Both the position numbers and the translations under genes were made by a program. From an uncultured Eubacteriales bacterium (lineage in GTDB: Bacteria; Acidobacteriota; Aminicenantia; Aminicenantales; Saccharicenantaceae): DNA of 64,000 nt. The stretch spans positions 4,145 through 68,144 of the forward strand of contig CAYWJT010000001.1 of NCBI GenBank assembly GCA_964458655.1, written 5' to 3'. Within the stretch, counting starts at the first letter, position 1, and the number at the start of each line of letters is the position of its first letter. Below, one piece after another: positions 24,389 through 33,187 of this stretch. Below the pieces are notes generated by a model. It saw only the letters and a list, made by a program, of their open reading frames with translations, was not told the origin of the DNA and made no database searches.

Positions 24389-27300
24389 CTAACGCAGTTC
24401 CTTTAGCCTTATGTTCCGGAACTCGACCCGAGAGCCGTGGCCGAGAAAGCCGATATTGCCGCTCGCCCGTCCGAGCCCGGGATGCTCCCGGCCGTCCATG
24501 GCGCCGCCGGCAGAAGCCTCGTCGAGGTCGCCGTCGACGACGGTTACGCCGTTCACCGTCACCCTGACACGGCGGCCCTGGACCGTGATCTCCTCGCTGT
24601 TCCACTCGCCGGGCGGCCTGAGCGTGCCGCGCCGAGCCGGGATGACGCCGTAGACCGAGCCGTGGTACTGGTAGGGCTTGAGGTCCCAGTAGAGCGGCGA
24701 GCCGTCCTCGAGGACCTGCACCTCCATACCCGTGTAGGCGATGTCGCCTTCGAGCGGCGCCCGGATGCCGACGCCGTTGTTCGCCGCCGGATGAAGCTTG
24801 AACTCGAAGCGCAGGACGAAGTCGGAGAACTCCCGCTCCGTGAACAGGTTGCCGCTTTTGGCTTCCGGGAGGACGACGAGCCGGCCGGCCTCGACGGCGC
24901 AGCCTTCCCGGGCGCCGGTCCAGCCTTCGAGGTCGCGCCCGTCGAAGAGCGGCTGGAAGCCGTCGGCCTTTTCGAGCTCGTCGAGCTCAGGCGGCCGGTC
25001 AGGGTCGCGCGGGATCTCGCGGACCCAGATGTTGCGGAACCAGAGCGGGTTGCCGTGGGCCTGTAATTCTATCTGCCCTATCGGATATATGGGTTTGTCC
25101 CTCTCCCAGTAGTTCTCGAGGGCCGTGTTGTCGACCACCATGACGTCGTTGAGATAGACCGTCACCCGGTCGCCGATCATGATGATGCGGAAGGAGTTCC
25201 ACTCGCCGACCGGCCGGTCGGCCCTGGCCAGAGGACGGCTCGGACCTTTTTGGTTGTTGTACAAACCGCCTGAGCCGACCGGGTTCGCGTCCGCGTCCCA
25301 GATCTGGACCTGGGGCGAGCCGCGCAGGTAGATGCCGCTGTCGCCGCCCTTCTCGATTTTCCAGTCCACCAGGAGCTCGAAGTCGCCGTAGTCCTTCGCC
25401 GTGCACAGGCTCTCGCCTCCGCCGTCGAAGAACAGGGCGCCGTTCTCGACGCGCCAGTGGGCCCGCATCCTTTCGTCGGCTTCGGCCTGGGCTTTGGCCA
25501 GCTCGGCCGGGCTCATCGCGGCGCGGCGCGGCGGGTCGGCCACCAGGCCCTTCCAGCCTGAGAGGTCCCGGCCGTTCCAGAGGGGCGTGAAGCCGCCTTC
25601 CCTCAGCCTTTCTTCGATGAGCTCTTCGAGCCTCTTCTTTTCTTCAGGGTCGGTCGCGCCGGCCTCGACGCGCCTGAGGATGGAGACGGCCTCGTGGCCG
25701 GAAAGCCAGCGCTCCTCGGGCGCCTGCTCGGAAGCGATGCTGAGCAGGGCCGAAACGGCGGCCGGCCGCAGCTCGGCGCTCGGAAGATAGGACGCCAGGA
25801 GCCTGAAGGCGCCGGGCTCGCGCATCCGGCCCAGGGCCCGGAGCAGCACGGCCTTGTCCGCCTCGGACTTGACGGCGTCGAGGGCCTGCTTGAAAAGCTC
25901 GAGCTTGCGCCAAGCCGGTTGGCGCGACTCAACCGCCAGCCGGCCGTAGCCTTCGAGCAGGACGAGCAGGTCGCGCCTGGAAGCGGCCTCCAGGGCGCTC
26001 TTCAGCAAGACGGGCGCGGCGGCCTCGTCCGGCCATCTGGAAAGAGCGAAATAGGCCGCGGTCCGCGTCTGCGGGTCCGGGCTTCGGGTCTCGGCTAGGA
26101 CGCGGCCGAGGCCGAGTTCGCCGCCGACGCGCGGCAGGAGCCTGAGCAAAGCGGCCCGGCCGGCGGGCTGGGCCCGCTCGAGGAGCCCGAGCAGGCGGGC
26201 CGCCCGTTCATCAGGGGCGCGGTCCTTGCCCGTGGCCCTGACCAGCGCCTCCTGCAGGCTTACGGTCTCCTCGCTCTCGGATGCCGCCGTCAGGAGCCCG
26301 GCCAGGCGCTCGAGGTCGTCTTCGCCCGCCGTTTTGACGAGCGCCCGGCAGGCCGCGGCCCGCACCGCGGGGTCCTGGTCGGCCGCCGAGCGGAAGACGA
26401 GTTCGGCCGCTTCCCGGGCCGCCTTCTCTCCGAGCACGTCCAGGACCATGACCTTGGATGCCGGCGGGCATTTTTCGAACGCGGAGGCCAGTTCAGACGA
26501 GACGCGTTCCGCCGGGAAAGAGAGAAAGGCCGATTTGAGCGCCGCGAGCTCCGCCTCGCTCCTGTCCGTGCCGAGGAACGCCAGCAGGTCCGGCAGGAAT
26601 CCGTCCTGCCAGGCGCCGGGCACCGCTTCGAGCGCCGCCAGCCTGACGCGCTCGTCGGCGTCGGCGAGCGCCGTTTTTATGAAAGGAACGGCCGCGGCGG
26701 GCTTCTTGCGGCCTATGTGCCGCGCGACCTCGGCCCTGACCTCGGCCGGCCCGCTCCGCGCTTTTTCGATAAGGAGTGGCAAGATGTCCGCGTCTTCGAA
26801 GCGCAGCGAGAACTCGAGCGCCGCGGCCCGGAGCGTCGGGCGGTCTCTTTCGAGGGCCCGCAGAACTTCCTTTACGGCCGCTTCTTTCGGCTGCAGCTCG
26901 AGCAGGAGTTCGAGCGCCGCCGTCGCTGCCGCGCACTCCGGCCCGCTCGCGTAGAACTCGAGGATGTCCCGGGCCATGCCCACGGCTTCTCCGGCCCGGC
27001 CTGCCTCGGCCAGTCTTCGGGCGAAAAGGAGGTAGAGCGAGGGCGCGCGGTTCCTTTCGTGGGCGGGCGCGGCGATCTTGGCCGCGGACAGGACCTGCCG
27101 GGCCGCCGGGTCGCCGATATTGGCCAGCGCGTAGAGAGCGGCTTCGCGCACCGCCGGCTCCGCGCTGGCAGCGAACGGGATGAGCCTGGGCACGGCTGCC
27201 TTCGACCTCAGCTCTCCGAGGGCCTTGATTATCGCCGGCAAGGAAGACGCGCCCGCCCGGCCCAGGGCTCTGAGCAGTTCCCGGCCGGCTTCAGGGCCGC

Positions 27301-27781
27301 CGATCGTCGTCAGGGCCCTGGCCGCCGGGTCCGCGAGGTCCGGGTCGGCGAGATAGCGGGCCAGCGGTCTTACCGCCTCGCGGCCTCCCGCAAGCTCGAC
27401 CTGGGAGATGAGGAAGGCCCGGACTTCCTTTTCTTTGGAGGCCCGGAGGCCGTCCATGACCGCATCGAGGAAGCCCTTCCTCTCCTTTTCGCGTCCCGCC
27501 GGGCCGACGTAGACGGCCAGGCCGTTCAGGGCGAACCTAACCGCGGCGTCGTCGCCACGGCCGGCGGGAAGGAGCCTGCGGCAGAGCTCGCGGACCGCTC
27601 CCGGCCCCAACTTCAGGAGCTCGGCCGACAGGGCCTCCTTTTCCCGGCCGCTTTGCGCCGGGTACCCGGCGAGGAGCCGGCTCACCTCCGCCGCCGTGTC
27701 CTGCCGGCTCACGGGAACCGCTTCGAGGAGCGGCGCGAAAAACAGCAGGCCGAGCAGGACGGCCGGGACCGCTTTCTTCAT
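24389..27781 (-). CDS. Secreted HEAT-repeat protein with two C-terminal DUF1080 (3-keto-disaccharide-hydrolase-like) domains
   Basis: GGAGG RBS. Signal peptide MKKAVPAVLLGLLFFAPLLEA. There are multiple PBS-lyase-type HEAT repeats (DPAVRAAACRALVK, ERVRLAALEAV). Two DUF1080 units are present (LWNGRDLSGWKG...GDSGIYLRG...WFRNIWVREIP and LFDGRDLEGWTG...GVGIRAP...VEFRNIRLKEL). Confidence 0.8.
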   Translation of the reverse strand: MKKAVPAVLLGLLFFAPLLEAVPVSRQDTAAEVSRLLAGYPAQSGREKEALSAELLKLGPGAVRELCRRLLPAGRGDDAAVRFALNGLAVYVGPAGREKERKGFLDAVMDGLRASKEKEVRAFLISQVELAGGREAVRPLARYLADPDLADPAARALTTIGGPEAGRELLRALGRAGASSLPAIIKALGELRSKAAVPRLIPFAASAEPAVREAALYALANIGDPAARQVLSAAKIAAPAHERNRAPSLYLLFARRLAEAGRAGEAVGMARDILEFYASGPECAAATAALELLLELQPKEAAVKEVLRALERDRPTLRAAALEFSLRFEDADILPLLIEKARSGPAEVRAEVARHIGRKKPAAAVPFIKTALADADERVRLAALEAVPGAWQDGFLPDLLAFLGTDRSEAELAALKSAFLSFPAERVSSELASAFEKCPPASKVMVLDVLGEKAAREAAELVFRSAADQDPAVRAAACRALVKTAGEDDLERLAGLLTAASESEETVSLQEALVRATGKDRAPDERAARLLGLLERAQPAGRAALLRLLPRVGGELGLGRVLAETRSPDPQTRTAAYFALSRWPDEAAAPVLLKSALEAASRRDLLVLLEGYGRLAVESRQPAWRKLELFKQALDAVKSEADKAVLLRALGRMREPGAFRLLASYLPSAELRPAAVSALLSIASEQAPEERWLSGHEAVSILRRVEAGATDPEEKKRLEELIEERLREGGFTPLWNGRDLSGWKGLVADPPRRAAMSPAELAKAQAEADERMRAHWRVENGALFFDGGGESLCTAKDYGDFELLVDWKIEKGGDSGIYLRGSPQVQIWDADANPVGSGGLYNNQKGPSRPLARADRPVGEWNSFRIIMIGDRVTVYLNDVMVVDNTALENYWERDKPIYPIGQIELQAHGNPLWFRNIWVREIPRDPDRPPELDELEKADGFQPLFDGRDLEGWTGAREGCAVEAGRLVVLPEAKSGNLFTEREFSDFVLRFEFKLHPAANNGVGIRAPLEGDIAYTGMEVQVLEDGSPLYWDLKPYQYHGSVYGVIPARRGTLRPPGEWNSEEITVQGRRVRVTVNGVTVVDGDLDEASAGGAMDGREHPGLGRASGNIGFLGHGSRVEFRNIRLKELR

Positions 27782-27804
27782 CGAACCTCCGGCGTTCTTC
27801 CGGG

Positions 27805-29088
27805 CTAAAGATGCCATGGCGCCCTCATCGGCTGGTCTATCAGGCGGTTCGCCTCCTCGTCCCCGACGAAGCGTTCGCTCTGCGAGTCGAAGCGCAGCGG
27901 CCGGCCGAGCTGGACGGCGATCTTGGCCAGGTTGACCAGGGTGCACGACCTGTGGCCGTTCTCTTCGTTCAGCGCGAACTTCCTTCTCAGGCGCACGGCC
28001 CGCGCGAAATCAGTGACCTGCGGCTCCGGGTCCGGCAGCCTGTCGACCAGTCGGGCCGCGTCCCTGACCGTGCACTCGAAGCCGCGGAAGAGCTTGCCTC
28101 CGGGGCCCTCGATGAACGGTGCCGAGGCGTCCCGGTTCTCGCCGTCGAGGATTATCTTGCAGCCGTCGGCGTATCTGAGCTCGATGCGGCGCCAGGTGCC
28201 GCAGGCGTCCGGGTGCTGCTGCGGGCAGTCGGCCTCGACCTCGACCGGCCCGGTGCCGTCCTTGTCCAGGACGTACTGCACCGGGTCGAGGTAGTGCTGG
28301 CCCATGTCGCCCAGGCCGCCGCCGTCGTAATCCCAGTAGCCGCGGAAAGTGCCGTGGACGCGGTGCGGGTGGTAGGGCTTGTAAGGCGCCGGGCCCAGCC
28401 AGAAGTCGTAGTCGAGCTCGGGAGGCACCGGCTCCGGCCTGAGGTTGGTGCGGCCCCGCCAGTAGAACTTCCAGTCGAAGCCCGTGCTGGCGTTTACGGT
28501 GACCTTGAGCGGCCAGCCCAGGGCGCCGCTCTGAACGAGCTTCTTGACGGGTTTGACGTCGGTCCCGAAACCGTAGAAGCGGCCCTCGAAGCGGAACCAG
28601 GTGTTGACGCGGAAGATGCGGCCGTGCCTCCGCACCGCCCGGACCACGGCCCGGCCCTCGCCGATCGTCCGGGTCATGGGCTTCTCGCACCAGATGTCCT
28701 TGCCGGCTTCGGCGGCCGCTATGGAGATGAGCGCGTGCCAGTGCGGGGGCGTCGAGATGTGGACGATATCGATATCCGGACGGGCCAGCACCTCCCGGAA
28801 GTCCCGGTAGCCCTTCACGGCCGGGTCGCCGGCAAGCTCGAGCGCCTGGCGGAGGTGCGCTTCGTCGACGTCGCAGACGGCCTGGAGCACGGCCCCGGGG
28901 TAACGGAGATGGGCCCGGCCCATGCCTCCGACCCCGATCACGGCCCGGGTCAGAGTGTCGCTTGGCGGCGTGAACCCGGCGCCTCCGAGCACCCGCCTCG
29001 GAACGATCATCAGGCCGGTCGCGGCTGCGGCTCGCAGGAAGGCGCGCCGCGATAGCCGGCTGACGGTGGCTGACGACTGCTTCTTCAT
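27805..29088 (-). CDS. Gfo/Idh/MocA-family NAD(P)-dependent oxidoreductase with a Tat signal
   Basis: MKKQSSATVSRLSRRAFLRAAAATG has a twin-arginine motif. It has a Rossmann N-domain (RAVIGVGGMG) and a GFO_IDH_MocA C-domain. There is a 23-bp gap to the next gene. Confidence 0.8.
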   Translation of the reverse strand: MKKQSSATVSRLSRRAFLRAAAATGLMIVPRRVLGGAGFTPPSDTLTRAVIGVGGMGRAHLRYPGAVLQAVCDVDEAHLRQALELAGDPAVKGYRDFREVLARPDIDIVHISTPPHWHALISIAAAEAGKDIWCEKPMTRTIGEGRAVVRAVRRHGRIFRVNTWFRFEGRFYGFGTDVKPVKKLVQSGALGWPLKVTVNASTGFDWKFYWRGRTNLRPEPVPPELDYDFWLGPAPYKPYHPHRVHGTFRGYWDYDGGGLGDMGQHYLDPVQYVLDKDGTGPVEVEADCPQQHPDACGTWRRIELRYADGCKIILDGENRDASAPFIEGPGGKLFRGFECTVRDAARLVDRLPDPEPQVTDFARAVRLRRKFALNEENGHRSCTLVNLAKIAVQLGRPLRFDSQSERFVGDEEANRLIDQPMRAPWHL

Positions 29089-29268
29089 CGCTCCGCTATT
29101 ATAGATTAGAAAGGGGTTCGGAATCATCAACCGCTTCTTAGCGGCGGACGAGCGGCTCGCTCCCGCGCTTTTTTGCTTTGGAGCCCGCGCCCGGCCGGGA
29201 AGAAATCGGTTGCTTTTGAGTCTAAAATAGCTGATAGTCTTTTTCTATTCCACACGCAGGAGGTTCTG

Positions 29269-31356
29269 ATGCGGCGTTGTTCACGCCTGAAAAGGACCCT
29301 TCGGGCGGTCGTAGCGCTCGCCGCGCTGGCGGCGGTTGCGGCCGCGGCCGGGCTTGCGGCCCAGGAGGCCTCGAAGTATCACAACTACGCCGATATGACA
29401 TCGGCCTTCAAGACCCTCGTGGACGGCCACGCCGACCTGGCCGCGATGACGTCGGCCGGGAAGACGGCCGGCGGCCGCGACGTCTGGGTCATCGAGCTCG
29501 GGCTCAAGCGCGGCACCCCGTTCGGGACGCGGCCGGGCCTTCTGATCGCCGCCGGTTTCGAGGGCGACCATCTCATCGGCAGCGAGCTCACGCTCGAGAT
29601 CTGCCGGCATCTTGTCGACGGCTATCCGGCCGATCCCGCGGTCAAAAAAACCCTGGAGGAATCGGTCGTCTATATCTTCCCGCGCCTGAACCCGGACGCG
29701 GCCGAGGGCTATTTCGCTCCGGTCAAGTCCGGCCGCCGGACGACCTCGAGCCCGCGCGACGACGACAACGACGGCCGCGTTGACGAGGACGGGCCCGAGG
29801 ACCTCAACAAGGACGGATACATAACGGTCATGCGGGTCAAGGCCCCCGACGGCCAGTACATCATCGACCCCGAGGAGCCGCGGCTGATGAAGAAGGCCGA
29901 CCCGCAGAAAGGCGAGCGGGGCGTCTACAAGATCCACTGGGAAGGCGTCGACAACGACGGCGACGGCTTCGTCAACGAGGACCCGCCGGGCGGGACCGAC
30001 CTCAACCGCAACTTCATGCACGAATATCCCTATTACAAGCCCGACGCCGGACCGCACATGGTCAGCGAAAGGGAAAGCCGGGCCCTGATGGACTGGATGG
30101 TGAAGCACCGGAACGTCGCCGCGATCCTGACCTTCGGCGAGAGCGACAACCTGATCTCGCCGCCGGCCTCGGCGACCCGCTTCGGCCAGTCGCGCGAGCT
30201 CGACCTGCTCGCCTTCGCCGAAGCCTCCGTGGCTGCCGCCAGGACCGTGGGCATGATACAACCGCCTTCGCGCTTCGGCGGCAGGCGCGGGTTCGGCGGG
30301 GGCGGCATGGAGGAGTTCTCGTTCGAGATGATGGCCGGAAGTCTCCGGCAGATGTTGAGCGGCGGGCAAACTCAGGCCCAGACGGCCGAGGGCGGCCGTT
30401 TCCGGATGCCGGAGCGCCGCCCCGAGACCTCGTTGAACGCCTCCGACCTTGAATACTTCCGCCAGGCCGGCGAGAAATACCGGGAGCTCACCGGGATACG
30501 ACAGGCGCTCTACGTCAGGATGCCCCAGGGCGCTTTCTTCCAGTACGGCTATTTCCAGTTCGGCGTGCCCTCGTTCTCGACCCCGGGCTTCGGCTCAGCC
30601 GCGGCCGAGCCGCCCATGATGCGGCGGCCTGGCATTTCGGGCACGGAGGGCGGGGCCCAGGCCGGCCGCGCGGCGGGCCAGACCGATAGGAGCGGCGGCG
30701 CTTCCCAGACCGCCCAGCAGTTCATGCAGATGATGCAGTCGGCCGGAGGGGGAGGCCAGATAGCCAGGCTCTTCCAGGCTCAGGCGGGCGGCGCCGGACA
30801 GGCCGCGACGGCTGAGCCCGGCATAGACAAGCAGCTCCTCAAGTGGCTGGACGCCGAGAAAGCCGACGGCTTCGTGAACTGGACGGCCTTCAAGCACCCC
30901 GACCTTGGGGAAGTGGAAATAGGCGGGTTCAAGCCCTACGCCTGGGCCAACCCGCCGGCGGCCAAAATAGGCGAGCTGGCCAAGGGCCACGCCGGCTTCG
31001 CGCTCTATCTCGCCGGCCTCTTCCCGAAGCTCAACGTCGCTTCGGTTGAAGCGACCGCCCTCGGCGGCGGGCTGTTCAGGGTCAAGGCCGAGGTCGAGAA
31101 CAGCGGCTTCTGGCCGACGGCCCTCGCCCAAGGCGTGACCTCACGGAGCGTAAAGCCGGTCATGGTCCAGCTTAGCGTCAAGCCGGAGGACATCATCGCC
31201 GGCGGCAACAAGACCAACTTCATCCCCAGCCTGGCCGGCGCGGGAGGCCGGGCCGGGTTCGAGTGGATCATACGCGGCCGGGCCGGGGACAGGATAGAGG
31301 TCCTGGCCGTGTCCGAAAAGGGCGGCCGGGCGAGCGCCGGCATTGTGTTGAAGTGA
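29269..31356 (+). CDS. Secreted M14-family zinc carboxypeptidase with Asp-rich calcium-binding-like inserts and a Gly/Gln/Ala-rich region
   Basis: AGGAGG RBS. Signal MRRCSRLKRTLRAVVALAALAAVAAAAG. The M14 core aligns with the next gene. It has DDDNDGRVDEDGPEDLNKDGYI and DNDGDGFVNED. Confidence 0.75.
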   Translation: MRRCSRLKRTLRAVVALAALAAVAAAAGLAAQEASKYHNYADMTSAFKTLVDGHADLAAMTSAGKTAGGRDVWVIELGLKRGTPFGTRPGLLIAAGFEGDHLIGSELTLEICRHLVDGYPADPAVKKTLEESVVYIFPRLNPDAAEGYFAPVKSGRRTTSSPRDDDNDGRVDEDGPEDLNKDGYITVMRVKAPDGQYIIDPEEPRLMKKADPQKGERGVYKIHWEGVDNDGDGFVNEDPPGGTDLNRNFMHEYPYYKPDAGPHMVSERESRALMDWMVKHRNVAAILTFGESDNLISPPASATRFGQSRELDLLAFAEASVAAARTVGMIQPPSRFGGRRGFGGGGMEEFSFEMMAGSLRQMLSGGQTQAQTAEGGRFRMPERRPETSLNASDLEYFRQAGEKYRELTGIRQALYVRMPQGAFFQYGYFQFGVPSFSTPGFGSAAAEPPMMRRPGISGTEGGAQAGRAAGQTDRSGGASQTAQQFMQMMQSAGGGGQIARLFQAQAGGAGQAATAEPGIDKQLLKWLDAEKADGFVNWTAFKHPDLGEVEIGGFKPYAWANPPAAKIGELAKGHAGFALYLAGLFPKLNVASVEATALGGGLFRVKAEVENSGFWPTALAQGVTSRSVKPVMVQLSVKPEDIIAGGNKTNFIPSLAGAGGRAGFEWIIRGRAGDRIEVLAVSEKGGRASAGIVLK

Positions 31357-31370
31357 ACGAGGAGGCTGCC

Positions 31371-33173
31371 ATGAAACGCTTCGAGATAAAAGCTTCTTTC
31401 AGGATAGCGGTCCTCATCTCCCTCCTGACCGCGCTCGCGGCCTTCAACCCGGCGCGGGTCTCCGGGCAGAAGACTTCCGACCCGCAGTTCAAGGTCAAGC
31501 TGGACTTCGACCGCTGGCACGACGTCCCGGAGCTCTACGCGGACATGAAGAGGCTGGCCGACGCCTTCCCCAGGTTCCTCAAGCTGCAGTCGCTCGGCAA
31601 AAGCTACGAGGGCCGCGACATCATGCTCATGACCATAAACAACCCGGCCACGGGGCCGGAGTCGGCCAAGGCCGCCATGTACATCGAAGCCAACGTGCAC
31701 GGCAACGAGATCCAGGGCGCCGAGGTCTGTCTTTACACCATCTGGTACCTGATGGAGAACTACGGCCGGCTCGAGGACATCACCAGGCTGGTCGATGAGC
31801 GGGTCTTCTACGTCGTGCCGACGGTCAACCCGGACGGCCGCCAGTACTTCTTCGAGGGGCCGACGGGCAGCACCCGCTCCGGGCACGTGCCCGTGGACGA
31901 CGACGGCGACGGCCTGTTCGACGAGGACCCGCCCGAGGACATCAACGGCAACGGCATCGTCGAGCAGATACGCATGTGCGTTCCCGGCCGCGGCAACTAC
32001 AGGATAAGCTCCCTCAACCCGAATATCATGGAGCCGGTGCCCTACGGCGAGAAAGGCGACTACATCCTGCTCGGGAGCGAGGGCCTGGACAACGACGGCG
32101 ACGGCCTGGTCAACGAGGACCAGCCCGGCGGCTATGACCCCAACCGCAACTGGGGCTCGGACTGGCAGCCCAATTACGTCCAGTCCGGCGCCATGGATTA
32201 CCCGTTCGAGCTGCCCGAGGTCCGGGCCGTCAACGAGTTCCTCATGGCTCACCCCAACATCGCGGGCGTCCAATCCTACCACAACTTCGGCGGCATGATC
32301 CTCAGGGGGCCGGGCGCCGAATCGAGCGGCGAGTACCCGATGAGCGACGTCAATTTCTACGACGAGCTCGGGAAAAACGGCGAGCGCATCCTGCCCTTCT
32401 ACCGCTACATCGTCATCTGGAGCGGCCTTTACACCGTGCACGGCGGCTTCATCGACTGGACCAACGACGGCCTGGGCATCGCCTCCTTCTCGAACGAGCT
32501 CTGGAGCAGCGAACAGTACTTCACCAGCCAGGCCCTCAAGGACCAGCAGAGGGACCCGTCGAGCCCGATCGCGCCGAACGTATCCCGTTACTACTTCGAC
32601 CGCTACCTCGAGTTCGGCGACCAGTTCGTCGAGTGGAAGCCCTTCGACCACCCTCAGTACGGCAAGGTCGAGATGGGCGGGGTCTGGAAGAGGTTCCAGG
32701 GCCGGGTGCCGCCGAGGTTCATGAACGAGGAGCTCTGCCACAGGAACATGGCCTTCACCCTCTACCACGCGGCCGAGATGCCCATGGTGACGATGGGGGA
32801 GGCCTCGGTCGAGCGGGTCGGCGGCGACGTCTACCGGCTCTTCCTGGACGTGTCCAACCCGAAGATGATCCCGACCGTCATGGCCAAGGCGGCCCAGAAC
32901 AACGTGGTCCGGCCGGACCTGCTGCTCGTCGAGGGCAAGAAAGTCGACGTCATCTCGGTGGGCCTGGTCGACAACAAGGAAATCTACAAGGTCAAGCCGT
33001 CGGTGGTGCAGACGATCGACCAGAAGGATTTGAAAAGGCTGATCATAAGGAACGGGCTGCCGGGCCGGACGACCAGGACCTTCATGTACCTAGTCAAGGG
33101 GTCCGGCGACGTGACGCTCACATACGACAGCGTCAAGGGCGGCCGGAAAAGCAAGACCGTGACCTTGAAATAG
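31371..33173 (+). CDS. Secreted M14-family zinc carboxypeptidase, paralog of the preceding gene
   Basis: GAGGAGG RBS. Signal MKRFEIKASFRIAVLISLLTALAA. The HGNEIQG motif contains zinc-ligand residues. It has DDDGDGLFDEDPPEDINGNG and DNDGDGLVNED. Confidence 0.75.
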   Translation: MKRFEIKASFRIAVLISLLTALAAFNPARVSGQKTSDPQFKVKLDFDRWHDVPELYADMKRLADAFPRFLKLQSLGKSYEGRDIMLMTINNPATGPESAKAAMYIEANVHGNEIQGAEVCLYTIWYLMENYGRLEDITRLVDERVFYVVPTVNPDGRQYFFEGPTGSTRSGHVPVDDDGDGLFDEDPPEDINGNGIVEQIRMCVPGRGNYRISSLNPNIMEPVPYGEKGDYILLGSEGLDNDGDGLVNEDQPGGYDPNRNWGSDWQPNYVQSGAMDYPFELPEVRAVNEFLMAHPNIAGVQSYHNFGGMILRGPGAESSGEYPMSDVNFYDELGKNGERILPFYRYIVIWSGLYTVHGGFIDWTNDGLGIASFSNELWSSEQYFTSQALKDQQRDPSSPIAPNVSRYYFDRYLEFGDQFVEWKPFDHPQYGKVEMGGVWKRFQGRVPPRFMNEELCHRNMAFTLYHAAEMPMVTMGEASVERVGGDVYRLFLDVSNPKMIPTVMAKAAQNNVVRPDLLLVEGKKVDVISVGLVDNKEIYKVKPSVVQTIDQKDLKRLIIRNGLPGRTTRTFMYLVKGSGDVTLTYDSVKGGRKSKTVTLK

Positions 33174-33187
33174 AAGGCTGGCCGGGC

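Noticed and set aside
29100-29200. GC-rich dyad followed by T6 (GACGAGCGgctCGCTC...GCGCTTTTTT) in the divergent promoter region between the Gfo/Idh/MocA and M14 genes
   Set aside because: The stem is only 5 bp with a 3-nt loop, and no plus-strand gene ends upstream of it. It is unlikely to be a functional terminator.
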